Origin: Vermamoeba vermiformis
Lineage: Eukaryota
NCBI GenBank assembly: GCA_045837725.1
Contig: JBEWZL010000244.1
Coordinates: 248,001 to 312,000 of the forward strand
Reading direction: 5' to 3'
DNA length: 64,000 nucleotides
A program made the position numbers and the translations under genes. This document shows positions 49,901-61,491 of this stretch, piece by piece; within the stretch, counting starts at the first letter, position 1; each line of letters begins with the position of its first letter. The notes beneath the pieces are model-generated. The model saw nothing but the letters and a program-made list of their open reading frames with translations. It had not been told where the DNA came from and ran no database searches.

Positions 49901-50867
49901 TATGAAATAGTATCGATCTTGTGGTGTTCAGGTGCACAAAATGAGGTAATCAAGCAAGACGGTTTCCAGTACGAAATTCTTGTTAAACCACGAAATTTCA
50001 AAATTCGATGCACCTCGCTTCCATTTAAATTGTAATCGCAGTGAGTTTTGACATGTTACCTGGCCGTAGGATATTGAATCACTTTGAAATCAGTTGAGCA
50101 ATTTCTTGTCTTCTACATCCAAATTGCAGTAGCGACCAATTGATGAATAGACACTAACAAGACATAATCGAAAATCATGCATGCTATTTAATACGGAAAG
50201 TAGCGAAGAAGTTGGCGCACAACACTTCCTTCATGACTTTTGACACCAGATCGATGATATTTCTTGGCCATCGCGACTCAAATCGTTATTTCTGAAAGGG
50301 TTAAGAAATATAACCGCCTTTAGTTCTATTTTTGGATAAAAAGATGAAATAACTGCACTTGCGCTGCAGATCGGATTCGAAGATCAAACTCCATCGCGAG
50401 TCTTTCAGTACAACTCGTTGCAAACTCCCGGAAAGAGCCCCTAACGTCAACACAATCATCTAATTTTTAACTTTTCGAAAGTATGGTCAGTTTTCCCTAC
50501 AAATCACACGAATTTTCGTATAATTTGTGTTCGACGGAAAGTTGGCGTTCATTGAAGGGTCTGCGCGAATCATTTTGATGTTGTAAAAGCAAGAAGCAAC
50601 ACGACGCACAGACGTGACTTCTTATTGTAAATAATTGTTTATATTTTGTATATTTGGTATCTCCTATTTGTATATTCACGTAAGTGTTTTAACTTTGGAT
50701 CTGATCAAAAAATTCGAAATTATTCTAATTACGTTGAAATAAAATGCTGATCGGCGGTAATCATGATATAATAAGAGTTAAATACAATATAGTGAATTAC
50801 TTGAAAATTGGAAAAACGGATCTCGACAGTTTTTTTATCGATTTTATTTTGCAGGACGTTTTTTTTC

Positions 50868-53203
50868 ATGGGCCAATGTTTGAAAAAGCACTCGCAACCA
50901 AGACGAGATTATAATGACAACAGCAGAATAGTTAGAGGCAAAAAACCGAACAGTCCATTATACAACCGAGACTCTCAACAACACCTCATCAAGAAAGTGA
51001 CTTTGCCTAAAATGAATGATCCTCGTCAAATCCTGATCAAAGAAACTAATACTGCTGGTCAAAACAAACAAGCTACACTACAGAGCAATAAGAGGCTGAC
51101 GACTCCCGTGGGCCTGGACAGCGACAGCGACGATGAAATGATCATCGAAGGAAATGCAGGCCACGCTGGTGCAATGATTGATTCTGTGCGCAAATTAAAT
51201 ATAGACGATAATTCTTCAGAGGGTAGTGATGAAGGCGACGATATTGAATGGGTTGATGATGCCCGAGATGAACCGATGCGGTTATCTGCTTCTGATGTGA
51301 GCATGGCCCACTCAATAGACAATATGGTGCTATCTGGAAAGAGTATGGAAGATACGGGTGGCAAAGCATCATTGTTTGCACAACCCTCAGCTGTGCCCCA
51401 GCATATGAAACTTTCCGTCTCTGGCGCCCCCATGACTCAATCGCAAGAAGCACGCAAAAAGCCAGGTAAATATTAATTCTTATTTTTATTAGTAATTCAG
51501 ATATTTTTAAACCAATATTGCACGACTTTCAAGCAGCAAGAAATTAAATTTATTTACGGTTTCTGCAATTTTTGGGATGCATAGGAAGCGAGATCCGTTA
51601 ATTTTATTGCTTTCGATGCTGATATGACAATATTGAAAGTTGCGGTTTATATCAAAATTTGGAAGAATTTTCCATTTGTCGTTTGAAGAACGCGCGAATC
51701 CGCAGAAAATAAATTGAAAACTCAGCGGCAACACACTTACTAACGCTCGTTTCACTCACAGCTCTTCTCAATCAACCGACATACTCACCAAAGATTCTTA
51801 AAACCGCTATCCCACCCCATTTAACCAAGGACTTCCATCGGATCAAATCCAACTCTACCTCTACCTTATTTATTAATAGCACATTGAACGCCCCCGATAA
51901 CGAAGAGATTGTAAGATGGTAAGTGACACTATAATACTATTTTACGCCATACAACTGACACCAGTATGTGTATGTTGTCGTATTCAATAGAAATTTCTTC
52001 CTTGTATTTTATTCGTAACACGAGATAGTTTCGGTACATTTCACTCACGGTTTATATTCAAGAGATTAATATGAACATGTTTGATTTTAATTAAAATATT
52101 TTATAGCAATAGGAAATTATTGTCATATAAAAAATTTTAGATCACAAGTAAATAATTATTTATTTGCATTTATTAACAATACTTGTATTTAGCATGGCAG
52201 TAGCACTCTATTGGAGTCTTAGGAAGAGCGAAAAATTACCAAATAAGAAGTTTGCCGATATTTTTAGCGAGAGAAAGTTCCCCTTGGTAAGTTGATACAA
52301 ATTATTCCATGAAGTGCTCCTTACTTAATAATTCTAAATACAGAACGACGATATCGATCTCGAACACTCCCCAACAATCAAACAAATTCAAGAATTTATT
52401 AGTGTCATTTTCCACGGAGAAAATTTGAGCGCTGAATGCGGTGTGATGTGCATGGTAAGTCGATAATAGCATTATATTAGTATACCGCACGTAGATATTA
52501 ATTACACTATTATTGTTAGGCTTATATCGAAAGAGTTTTGATTTTGACTGGTGTCACTATTCACGCCTCAAACTGGCGCCGAATTGTTTTGGGCGCGTTG
52601 ATTTTAGCGTCAAAAGTGTGGGAAGATCAAGCAGTGTGGAACGTAGACTTTTTGAATGTGTTCCCCAATCTGACAGTCGACGATTTGAATCAGCTCGAGC
52701 GTCACTATCTCAACTCGCTGCAGTTCAATGTCAGCTTGAAGGCCTCAGTCTACGCCAAGTACTACTTTGAACTGCGCGCCTTGTCCGAACGCGACTCGCA
52801 ACACTTCCCGTTGAAGCCTCTCGACAAAGAGGGTCAAAAACGACTAGAAGTAAGTGTCTTATAATCGAATATACGCTGTAGTATTGCACATTATAGTACT
52901 GATTTAGAGGTTGAGCCGTTACTTTTCAGTTTTGTTCTAATTGAAAATTCGCGCTGTTCTTTGATGCAGCGCTGTTGAAATTTCTTTAAACTTCAATAAG
53001 TATCTACGGCGGTTATTCACCTGTCAATCAGTTTATATTCAAATTGAATAGAATCACGTGCTATTAATCACAAGATACTAACTGCTATTCTCACCTAGAT
53101 CCGATCGAAAGGTCTGGAAACAAGTGCAAAGAAAAACAAAGTTCAACGAAGTCAAAGCATGGATACGTACAAGTCCCCGTCAATTCCCATCAGCTTGAAC
53201 TAA
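50868..53203 (+). CDS. Cyclin Y-like protein
   Basis: N-terminal MGQC acylation motif, IFSERKFPL, LSAECGV, NWRRIVLGALILASKVWEDQAVWNVDF, SVYAKYYFELR and a C-terminal RSQS. Confidence 0.92.
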
Positions 53204-53413
53204 GAATATACAAACAATAAGAATTAATCACTTGTACAAAGCTTTCCTGCGGATCCCGTTAAAAACCCATCCATAACCCGTCAAATCCGACAGCCGACAG
53301 GTCACCCCATTACCAATAGGACCTCATGTAAATAGTCAAAACAGTGAATAAAACTGCGATTAATCAGATCCGTTTAAGTTATATTTACTCAGTCCTATTC
53401 ACAATTCTAACGC

Positions 53414-55408
53414 TTATTTGCGCCACAAACCACGCACGGCATCGAACAAGCCAGTGCGCGAGACTTGTTCCGTGGCCAAGCGGTACAGCGTGATCATTGG
53501 TCCCTCGGCACTGCTGTTCGAACCAGTAGCATACCGCCACAGACGCGAGGCAAATACAGCGAACGCACCGACAGTAACGGCCGTGAACAAGCGACGTGGC
53601 CAGCGATTAGGGCGCACGGCGGGCACGTGCCAACGGGCGTACGAAAGAGGGAAAGGAGCAGGTGCACCAAGTCTCTCGGCGACAGTCAGACCTGAAGTGG
53701 CTGCGTCCTCGTGGAAGCCAAACGTGCCCCAAGCACCGCAGAACAACACTGGTGGCTGAACGGTACTGAGCTTCTGTTGCTGTGAAACGTTCTAACGGAA
53801 GCACATTAGATCACATTCAATGACGTGCGTTGCAGTAGAGTTACCTCGAGCAAGAAGACAGGGTGCTCGTATTCGATCACTTTGTACGTCAGTTCTGGCT
53901 TGGGTGGTGAGAGCGGATTGAGTGTCACGAAGAAGTCTCTGCCGCACTCCTGCAACCAGGGCTGCAATCGATTCATCCAGTACGTCAAACAAATGTCGTC
54001 GTTGATTTCACCGGGCTTGTCGGCCTTCATCAACACGTTCCAGCTGCTCCACGTCTATCAATATAATAAGCAACGGGCTTAGCACGACATATAATCGAGA
54101 CTTACGCTTCTTCGAGTGGGCATTAAAGACGGATCGCTGTGCAAATAAGCGATGTTTTTCTTGAATTTAAAGTCTTTCAACAGTGTCTCTTCATCAGAGG
54201 TGATATCTTCGCCCAAAATTTCACGTGATTGGTCAGCGTGACACGCGAGCACCTAGGCACGAGTGAGAACTGGTCAACTATTATAATCGCTCGTTACTTA
54301 CGACTGAATCGAACACTTCTTCGTTGCCTTTATCATCGAACACATGTACTTTGCCGTTGACACGCTTGATCTTTGTCACACCAGTGCTTTTGCGCACATT
54401 TTCTGGCTTCAATTCTTGCAAGATCTTCTTCACGTACTCGATGCTGCCATTTTTGACTGAAAATCGTGTCAGAGTTCGCTATTTTTTAAGAATTGAAATG
54501 GATTATTTACCAGTGCGCCAGACCGGTCTGCCGACCAACTGCATAAAACAATGATTTTGCATGAAGTGGATCATAGTCTGAATAGGAAATTCGAACATAG
54601 TCGTGAGGGGTGTGGACCACACAGCGCCTGTCATGGGCAACAAATAATAGCGCACAAAGCTCTGTCGCGATACCGCAAAGTTAATACCGTGACCAAATAT
54701 GGCAATAATTTGATGAAATTATGGTTGTAAAATCCTCGTTATATAGTACGTATCGCGACATAATGTAAGTGATTGGTACTTACCTCTGAATAACCTCGGA
54801 GGCGGATGTATTCTCCAACCGTAACGCCGTTGAATTTAGGATTGTTCAACACTTCAACTGCTTCGTTATTGAATTTAACCATGTCAAGGCTAGAGATAAT
54901 TAGTTTTTGAAGCGTATTCGGATATTTGACACGCGATCGTGATTCATGAATACTTACAGCATGCTCCAGAAAGAAGGAGAAACAATATTTGACCTTTGAG
55001 CAAAAACGGTGTTGAGATTGTCGCTAGACCATTCGACATTCTCTTTGCCCTAACCGGCAAAATTAGATCCAAAAATCAAAATAAATCTTTGTAAAATTTC
55101 CTTACCCTCAGAGACAACGCAAAGCTCATATCAGATGCTACGGTTTCAACACCTACTTCTTTAAAAAAATTTACAAGGTTTGGGTAGTTTAGGGTGTTGA
55201 AAACAATGAAGCCGGTGTCGATCGGGACCTGTTTTTTCTGTCCTTTACTGTCCGTGAAGTCCACAGTGACTGTGTTGGTGTGTCCGCCAATGTAATCGTT
55301 CTTTTCATACAAGTACACGTCGTTTTCAGGTCGACGGTTAAGCGACCAAGCGCTCATCATTCCAGCAGCGCCGGATCCTACAACAGCAATTCGTTTTCTT
55401 TCGGTCAT
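53414..55408 (-). CDS. COG2907-type FAD/NAD-binding oxidoreductase (UfaD-like fatty acyl desaturase family) with a C-terminal hydrophobic anchor
   Basis: RIAVVGSGAAG, EKNDYIGGHTNT, IDTGFIVFNTLNYPNL, SDMSF, LHSDPSLMP, LTYWMNRLQ, YEHPVF and FCGAWGTFGFHED. Confidence 0.9.
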
Positions 55409-55677
55409 TGTGGTATATGCAATTAGCGAGTGCAAGAGATAATTGAGGTCGCAGCTATCGCGTGACCTGTCGAGCACGTGCGCTTTCTACAAATTTGGAA
55501 TTTCGGTTATGATAAAATTTGACCGTCAAATTTCTTCCTAGTTTTGACGAGCAAAATTATTTGTCTTTTTCTTTGCGTTCGCAAAACATTTTCTCTACGC
55601 AACCATTTATTGCACAACCACATTTCTTGTCTTTTTCATTCAATACGAAGCCACACTTCCTCAACTACTACCTACCT

Positions 55678-56652
55678 ATGCAGCTCAATATTGTTAAACA
55701 AAACTCCCTCTTGGAAGAGATTTGCTCGAAGAATGGCAAAACGGAGAAGGTTCATAACGTTGTTAAGAACATGCCTTTTACCATTATTGTCGGCAGTCGC
55801 GGAGTTGATTTAACGAAGGGCAATTTGGAAGCAAGACTCATCTACAATTCCGCTGATCGAAAAGAAGTCCCTTTCTTGGCCAAATCCCCGTTGGAATACT
55901 TCACCCACTTCAATGCCTCTGGTGACGAAGTTACTATCGAGTTCAGAATCAAGGTACTCAGCTCTCAATTGGAGAATTCCACTTTCTTGATCAAGGTGAC
56001 TGTCAAGCACGATGCGAAGAATGCCGAAGTTTTGTCTGCGCCCATTCGTTCCGTCTCAAAGGTTCAGCAAATTCAACGCAAGAAGGATGCCATTCAGAAC
56101 AATGTTGTCCCTACTACCCCATCGATTGATCAATTGAAGAAGAGAAAGCGCTCTCGTGCTGTCGTTGAAGATGAGGACTCGTCAAGCTCATCTCCTGAAA
56201 TCATGGAAATGCTACATCAAATCCGTGAGACTCAATTGCTTCAGCTTGAGATGATGGAAAGAGCCTCGATGGTGCAGACTCCTTTGATTCCCAAGCTCGA
56301 GTTCGATTCTTCGATGGAAGAGGACAGCTGCGCATCACCACGCACCCCTTCACTCGAAGATGCCTTCCGCACTTTCATTGCCGCCTATCAAGCTACCAGC
56401 GCTTCTGAACGACCTTCAAAGCTTCGTCGATTGCTTGAGTCTTCTGACGTGTCTCAAGCTGCTTCGGAGTTAGTTGTCAACCTTGGCCAAGCAGGTATTC
56501 AAGTACCTTGCTCGCACAACAGCGAAGACTTCAACACTGTCTGCAACTGCGCTAACTGCCCTTACAAGTCTCAGTTAAACCAACTCGACGACTTCTACAT
56601 GACCTATCTGACTAATCCGGTCAATTTAGAGCAAACTGAAACATCGATCTAA
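55678..56652 (+). CDS. CudA-family (amoebozoan STAT-related) transcription factor, intronless
   Basis: VHNVVKNMPF, RLIYNS..KEV..PLEY, GDEVTIEFRIKVLSSQLENSTF, PIRSVSK, the NLS-like KKRKR and LEDAFRTFIAAY..ERPSKLRRL match the recalled CudA core. Confidence 0.88.
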   Translation: MQLNIVKQNSLLEEICSKNGKTEKVHNVVKNMPFTIIVGSRGVDLTKGNLEARLIYNSADRKEVPFLAKSPLEYFTHFNASGDEVTIEFRIKVLSSQLENSTFLIKVTVKHDAKNAEVLSAPIRSVSKVQQIQRKKDAIQNNVVPTTPSIDQLKKRKRSRAVVEDEDSSSSSPEIMEMLHQIRETQLLQLEMMERASMVQTPLIPKLEFDSSMEEDSCASPRTPSLEDAFRTFIAAYQATSASERPSKLRRLLESSDVSQAASELVVNLGQAGIQVPCSHNSEDFNTVCNCANCPYKSQLNQLDDFYMTYLTNPVNLEQTETSI

Positions 56653-57567
56653 GTTCCTTACTTCGGTGCTTCGGCCTCTAAGTGTTCGGACCTGCTGCTC
56701 CAACGACCACCAGAGCAACCACAATTTTGGCTTCTAAGGTAAACATCCCCCAACTGTATATAGTGTATAATAGCTTTCGATTCCATTCAAATCATCAATG
56801 GAATTCAAATTCGATAAATTGTAATAATATCAATATTTTTTGTTTTATTCATTAATAGAATCAGTCTCACAACTTTATTCCCTTAGTTTCGTACTAGTTA
56901 GGAAGTGTGGCGACGAAGCTTCAGAACCTCCCTCGCAACCGGTGTGCACCCCAATCTCAACCGCAGCCGCGCATGTTCTGGCAAGATGTCTACGCAACCA
57001 GCGCTTAATGTTCATCTCGTTCGTTGCTCAAGGCACCAAAGAGCGTTGAGGTAGTGCGTATAGTGTCTCTTGTTTAATTACGCTTGTGTTTGTCAGACAG
57101 CTGCCAGCCACGCTAGTGCCAAGTTGTAGCCTCGCACTGGGTGCGATTGCCATGTGTCTTTATTATTTCGTTGTGTAGGGTATGTGTCACGTGTCTTTGT
57201 TTAATTTGTTAGAGCCAGAGCTGCGAACTTGTGGAGGCCTCCTCCGTTAAACGTGCCTTGAGCAATCGCTTTGTATTACAATCGTAAGTTGAGTTGCGGG
57301 TGAGTCGTTATGTAGTATATTTGAGTTTGTCCTAGATCGATTTTTGTTGCTTAGATCTGGCGAGTCCGATCTATTCAACGTGCATCTTGTATTTGTAGAA
57401 ATAAATGCTTATTTAGCATAATTATTGCGATGGGTGTATTAGATTATATTTGTGACTCGATCACAACCGTGGCCTGATAGGTCGCGCGACGTGATCGTAC
57501 TTTCACAAACTCGGACAATTTCAGAAAATCATTTTTGTTATTCAACCGAGGAGTGATCAACACGAGA

Positions 57568-60518
57568 ATGTACAGTTCCCGCGTTTATATCGGACATACC
57601 GGCCATTCTCGTCTTACTCCTGTCAAGCACACCTTTCGGTATCCAGTAAACTATTACGTTTTTGACTTGGACGAGCTTCAAAAATTAAGCGACAATGTAA
57701 GTTAATTGCCAGACCAACGGCATTAAGTATTTGGATGGTTCTTTATTATTTTCGGTGACAACCGCTCAAAATAATTCAATAAAATACTAACAAATCACCT
57801 GGCAGCTGTATCTCTTTGGTTACAATAAATCTCGTCCAGTAGCAATATATGACGACGATTATTTGGGTCGAGAACTGCCAGGAACCCCAATCAAACAAAA
57901 ATTGTATTCGGTGCTGAAGGAAAGACGCGTGGATCCAACACCAATATCGAGAATCGAGCTCGTAACATCTGCCCGATACTTTGGACACGCATTCAATCCA
58001 GTTAATTTTTATTACTGCTATCACAATGTTGCAAACCCGATTAACGGAGTAGATCAAATGGTTGATAGCGCTACAAATAATGAACAGCTGTATGCAATGG
58101 TCGTTGAAATCAATAATACATTTGGGGAGACGCACGTTCACGTAATTAAGAGCGATGAGAGTGCTCTGCCACTGAATGCAACGGAGGATCCGTACCGAAA
58201 CAAAAAGGTAAGATTCTATTTCCCATTGATTCATTAGCAACGTACAAATATGAACATCGACTTGAAATATCGAGTATTGGATTTGTCCGTGTTGCTCAAT
58301 TTGGCGGTTTTATTTCTAGCTTTCAGACCTTTCAATTTCAATTTGCAATACATGGGCGTTATTTTACTATAATAACGATATTATTATCTAGCTTACCAAG
58401 AGTACATTTGAATACAATTATGTGCGATGGCGTGACTTCCATGTGAGTCCGTTCAACGACCGTCAAGGCTACTTTCACTTTCAATTCGCTGACGTCCGCA
58501 AGTAAGCTTGGAATTATAATCAAGTTATAATAGATTCTTAATATCTGTATTCAGGGAGTTGCACGTGAAGATATCTCAAACCGATGCAAGTTTTAATCCG
58601 ATTGTTGTTGCGACTTTGCGTGGGGACAATTGCTATTCACTGTGCGACTCTGTTATTGCGAAGAACATCGTTAGGTAAGTTGGACACGACTGCGTTCTAG
58701 GATTGGTATTAATTTATATACAGATATCCCGTGACAGCACTGATGACATTCCCTCGGATCTTGGTTCAAGCGGGCAAGTTACACTTCAGGTACGTCGTAG
58801 TACAGCCACTAAGCACAATACTTAACCTCTGCCATAGCAAGAAGCTACCTATCTATGTCAAACCAAACCCAACTCAGCCGGACACAATCATCTTGATTCC
58901 TCCTGGAGCCTTGCAAGTTGAATGTATGACACGTGTCACGGATGCGTGGCGTGCTCTGTTCAGCACAAAGGCCGCATTGTTGCCAGTAGGTTCTTTGTCA
59001 CTACAATTGCCTGATGGAAAAGTGCAGTCGTTCGGAGTTGAGAGTGAGTATTCAAAAGCCGTTAATGCGGTCATAATTCTGACTATCATTTTAGGTTCCA
59101 CCAAGCCATGTTTAGAGCTCAAAGTAGTCAATTATGACTTCTTCAATCGTATATATGAACATGGGTCTTTTGGTTCAGCTCTTGCATTCATGGCCGACGA
59201 CTTCTCATGCCCAACAAATCAAATGCGAGATTGGCTGGCCTTCTTGCAAACGACAAGTAAAGCCACCAGTGTTGCCGGTGTACAGACAAACAGTAAACCA
59301 CTGCTGAAGAATGGCAACAAGTTGACTGTGCCCGAGTCCACAGCACAAGAACGCTTCTTGGCGAGCTTCTTAGACCCGACAATGAGCTTCCATTGTCCTT
59401 CATTTGACAAAAAAAGCATCAATGAGCGAGCGTTGATTGATATCAGCGAGTCTCGGCCTAAAGCACGTGGTCCTCAGTCCCTTGAAAGTGCTCAGATCCA
59501 GGGCATCAATCAGCTGTTAGACTTGGTTTCAATCAAGAGCGAGCACAAAGTACTTGATCTATCGAATGGTAAGTCATCGATGTTGAGCGTATTCGAGTCT
59601 AACAATCCCTTAGGATGGGGTTCACTGACAGCGATTCTCGAGGAACGTAACACAGGGTGTTCAATGACGTGCGTTGTGTTGACAGTACAACAGCTGTTGC
59701 ACGTCAGAAAACGTCTTCCAGCGAACTCAAACGTCAATGTGATTCTGTTCGAGGACTTTGTAGAGCAGAACGCATCAGCAGGCAGTCAAGGCTTTGATGT
59801 CATCTTTGCGGTGGAGAGCAGTGAGATGTTTGCTGGGTACATGACGAACCAGCGAATTCAATCACGCACCGGCAGGAGTGCAACAACGACACGCCAAGAA
59901 TTGTATCGATTTTTTGAGCTGTGCTACAGCAGACTCGAGCAGGGAGGGCAACTCGTGGTCCAGTCAGTTCATCGCGTTGCCGACACGAGGCCAGCAGAGA
60001 TTAAAAACCAATTGTCCTCTTCGATTGTCAGACCTTCCATTGCCTCCAAGTGGCGCATGCAGAAAGCTCGTGTATCACGATGGATGGAGATCAAGCTGTT
60101 CGAGCACATCACCGAGTACGTCATCAATCCCTTCGAGCTCGACAAGAGATTTTATCGCAACTTCTCCTTCGTGCCCAATGTGCGCATCATTTCCGCGCCA
60201 GACGCAGTGCCTGGAAATGTCGACTTTATTGCCGCAGCTACTGGCAGCAAATTCACAATGGAGTCGATGAAAGACTTGGGTTCGATGGACTATGCATTGG
60301 CATATCAGACATGGGCTAATAATTTGGAAGATGCTCGTGTAGACATTCGCGCGAGTGGTTCTGTTACGCTGTATGACAACGCAGTGAACTCTGAACGAGA
60401 TCGACAACTCGCTGAAGAATTGAAGCGACAGTTCAGGTATTACTTGAGAGGCGCGCAACATATGTTCGAACTAGGACTATTTGGCGTGTCGAGATACCTG
60501 TTTAGCAAACAAATGTAA
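57568..60518 (+). CDS. DUF1365 (UfaO-like) domain fused to a degenerate cyclopropane-fatty-acyl-phospholipid synthase-like methyltransferase domain
   Basis: DUF1365 motifs HSRLTPVKHTFRYP, FDLDEL, RYFGHAFNPVNFYYCY, VVEINNTFGE, FHVSPFN and PRILVQAGKLH. CFA-like remnants FLDPTMSF, SLESAQ, VLDLSNGWG and RLEQGGQLVVQ. Confidence 0.85.
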
Positions 60519-60638
60519 ATAAAGCGAAGAAATTTGTCTAAAGCGAAATAAATTCAAAGACTGTAACGCTTGGTCTTCAATTTTGTGATTGATAACATTT
60601 AAACACAACTGAGGCTTGTTAGTGAAATATACCTGAAA

Positions 60639-61444
60639 ATGATGACAAACGAGCAAATCAAGGCCAAAGTAGATCAACTCTATTTTCATACATTCGGAGG
60701 GCTGCTGGAGCCAAACGAAGAAACGCCACATTTAATCATCGAACCATATTTATACTTAGGAAGCATGGCCGATGCATACAATATTGATAAACTCGTTGAG
60801 AAAAATATAACAAATGTTGTAAACGTTGCTGATCCCAGCCAAGAAGGTAATTCTATTTTTGATTACCATCCCCTAATTTAAAAAATACTGTATAATTTTG
60901 CGTTAATCATGGGCTTTCAACAGACGGCAAGGGATCCAAAGCTTTTTCAGGAGCAGTAATACATTTTCCTCATCAAAGACGCATTCAAATCAACTATTTG
61001 GGCTTGTGTAAGTTAATAATTGATCTGTTTATTGGATCCAGCACTAAAGGTGGAAATTGAATTTTAGGTTGTATCGACACGGAGGATTTTCAAATTCGTC
61101 CATTCTTTGACCGAGTATCAGACTTTATTAAGGCAGCTAAAGATAAGGGCGAGAAGGTGTTAGTGCACTGTCAAGCTGGTGTCAGCAGATCTGCAGCAGT
61201 TGGTAAATTTCATCCTTATTGTCAGAATACCTTTTACTAATATGGTGCAGTTTGTGCCTATTTAATGCGCGAGTATGGCTGGACCGCTGAAAAAGCATTG
61301 CTACACGCGCATCAAAAGCGGAACTGTGTTGCACCGAACCTCTCGTTTATGAAGCAGTTGTTCCTCTATCAAAATGAATTAGGCATTAAAATGACCGAAG
61401 AACTGTTTACTAAGCCAGCTCCAAAAATAACCATCGATTACTAG
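60639..61444 (+). CDS. Atypical dual-specificity protein phosphatase
   Basis: IEPYLYLGS, the catalytic VLVHCQAGVSRS, CAYLM and VAPNLSFMKQL. Confidence 0.93.
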
Positions 61445-61491
61445 TTAATGACAGCGAATATTAATTAAACGTTACAAATGTATATTTAGCT

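Noticed and set aside
49901-50867. About 1 kb gap between HOP1 and cyclin Y as a possible ncRNA or small gene
   Set aside because: I found no convincing ORF, tRNA fold or snoRNA box arrangement. It is compatible with a divergent promoter and UTRs.
57047-57064. TGAGGTAGT..GTATAGT resembling the let-7 miRNA
   Set aside because: The match is partial, I see no convincing precursor hairpin, and let-7 is animal-specific, so this is probably chance.
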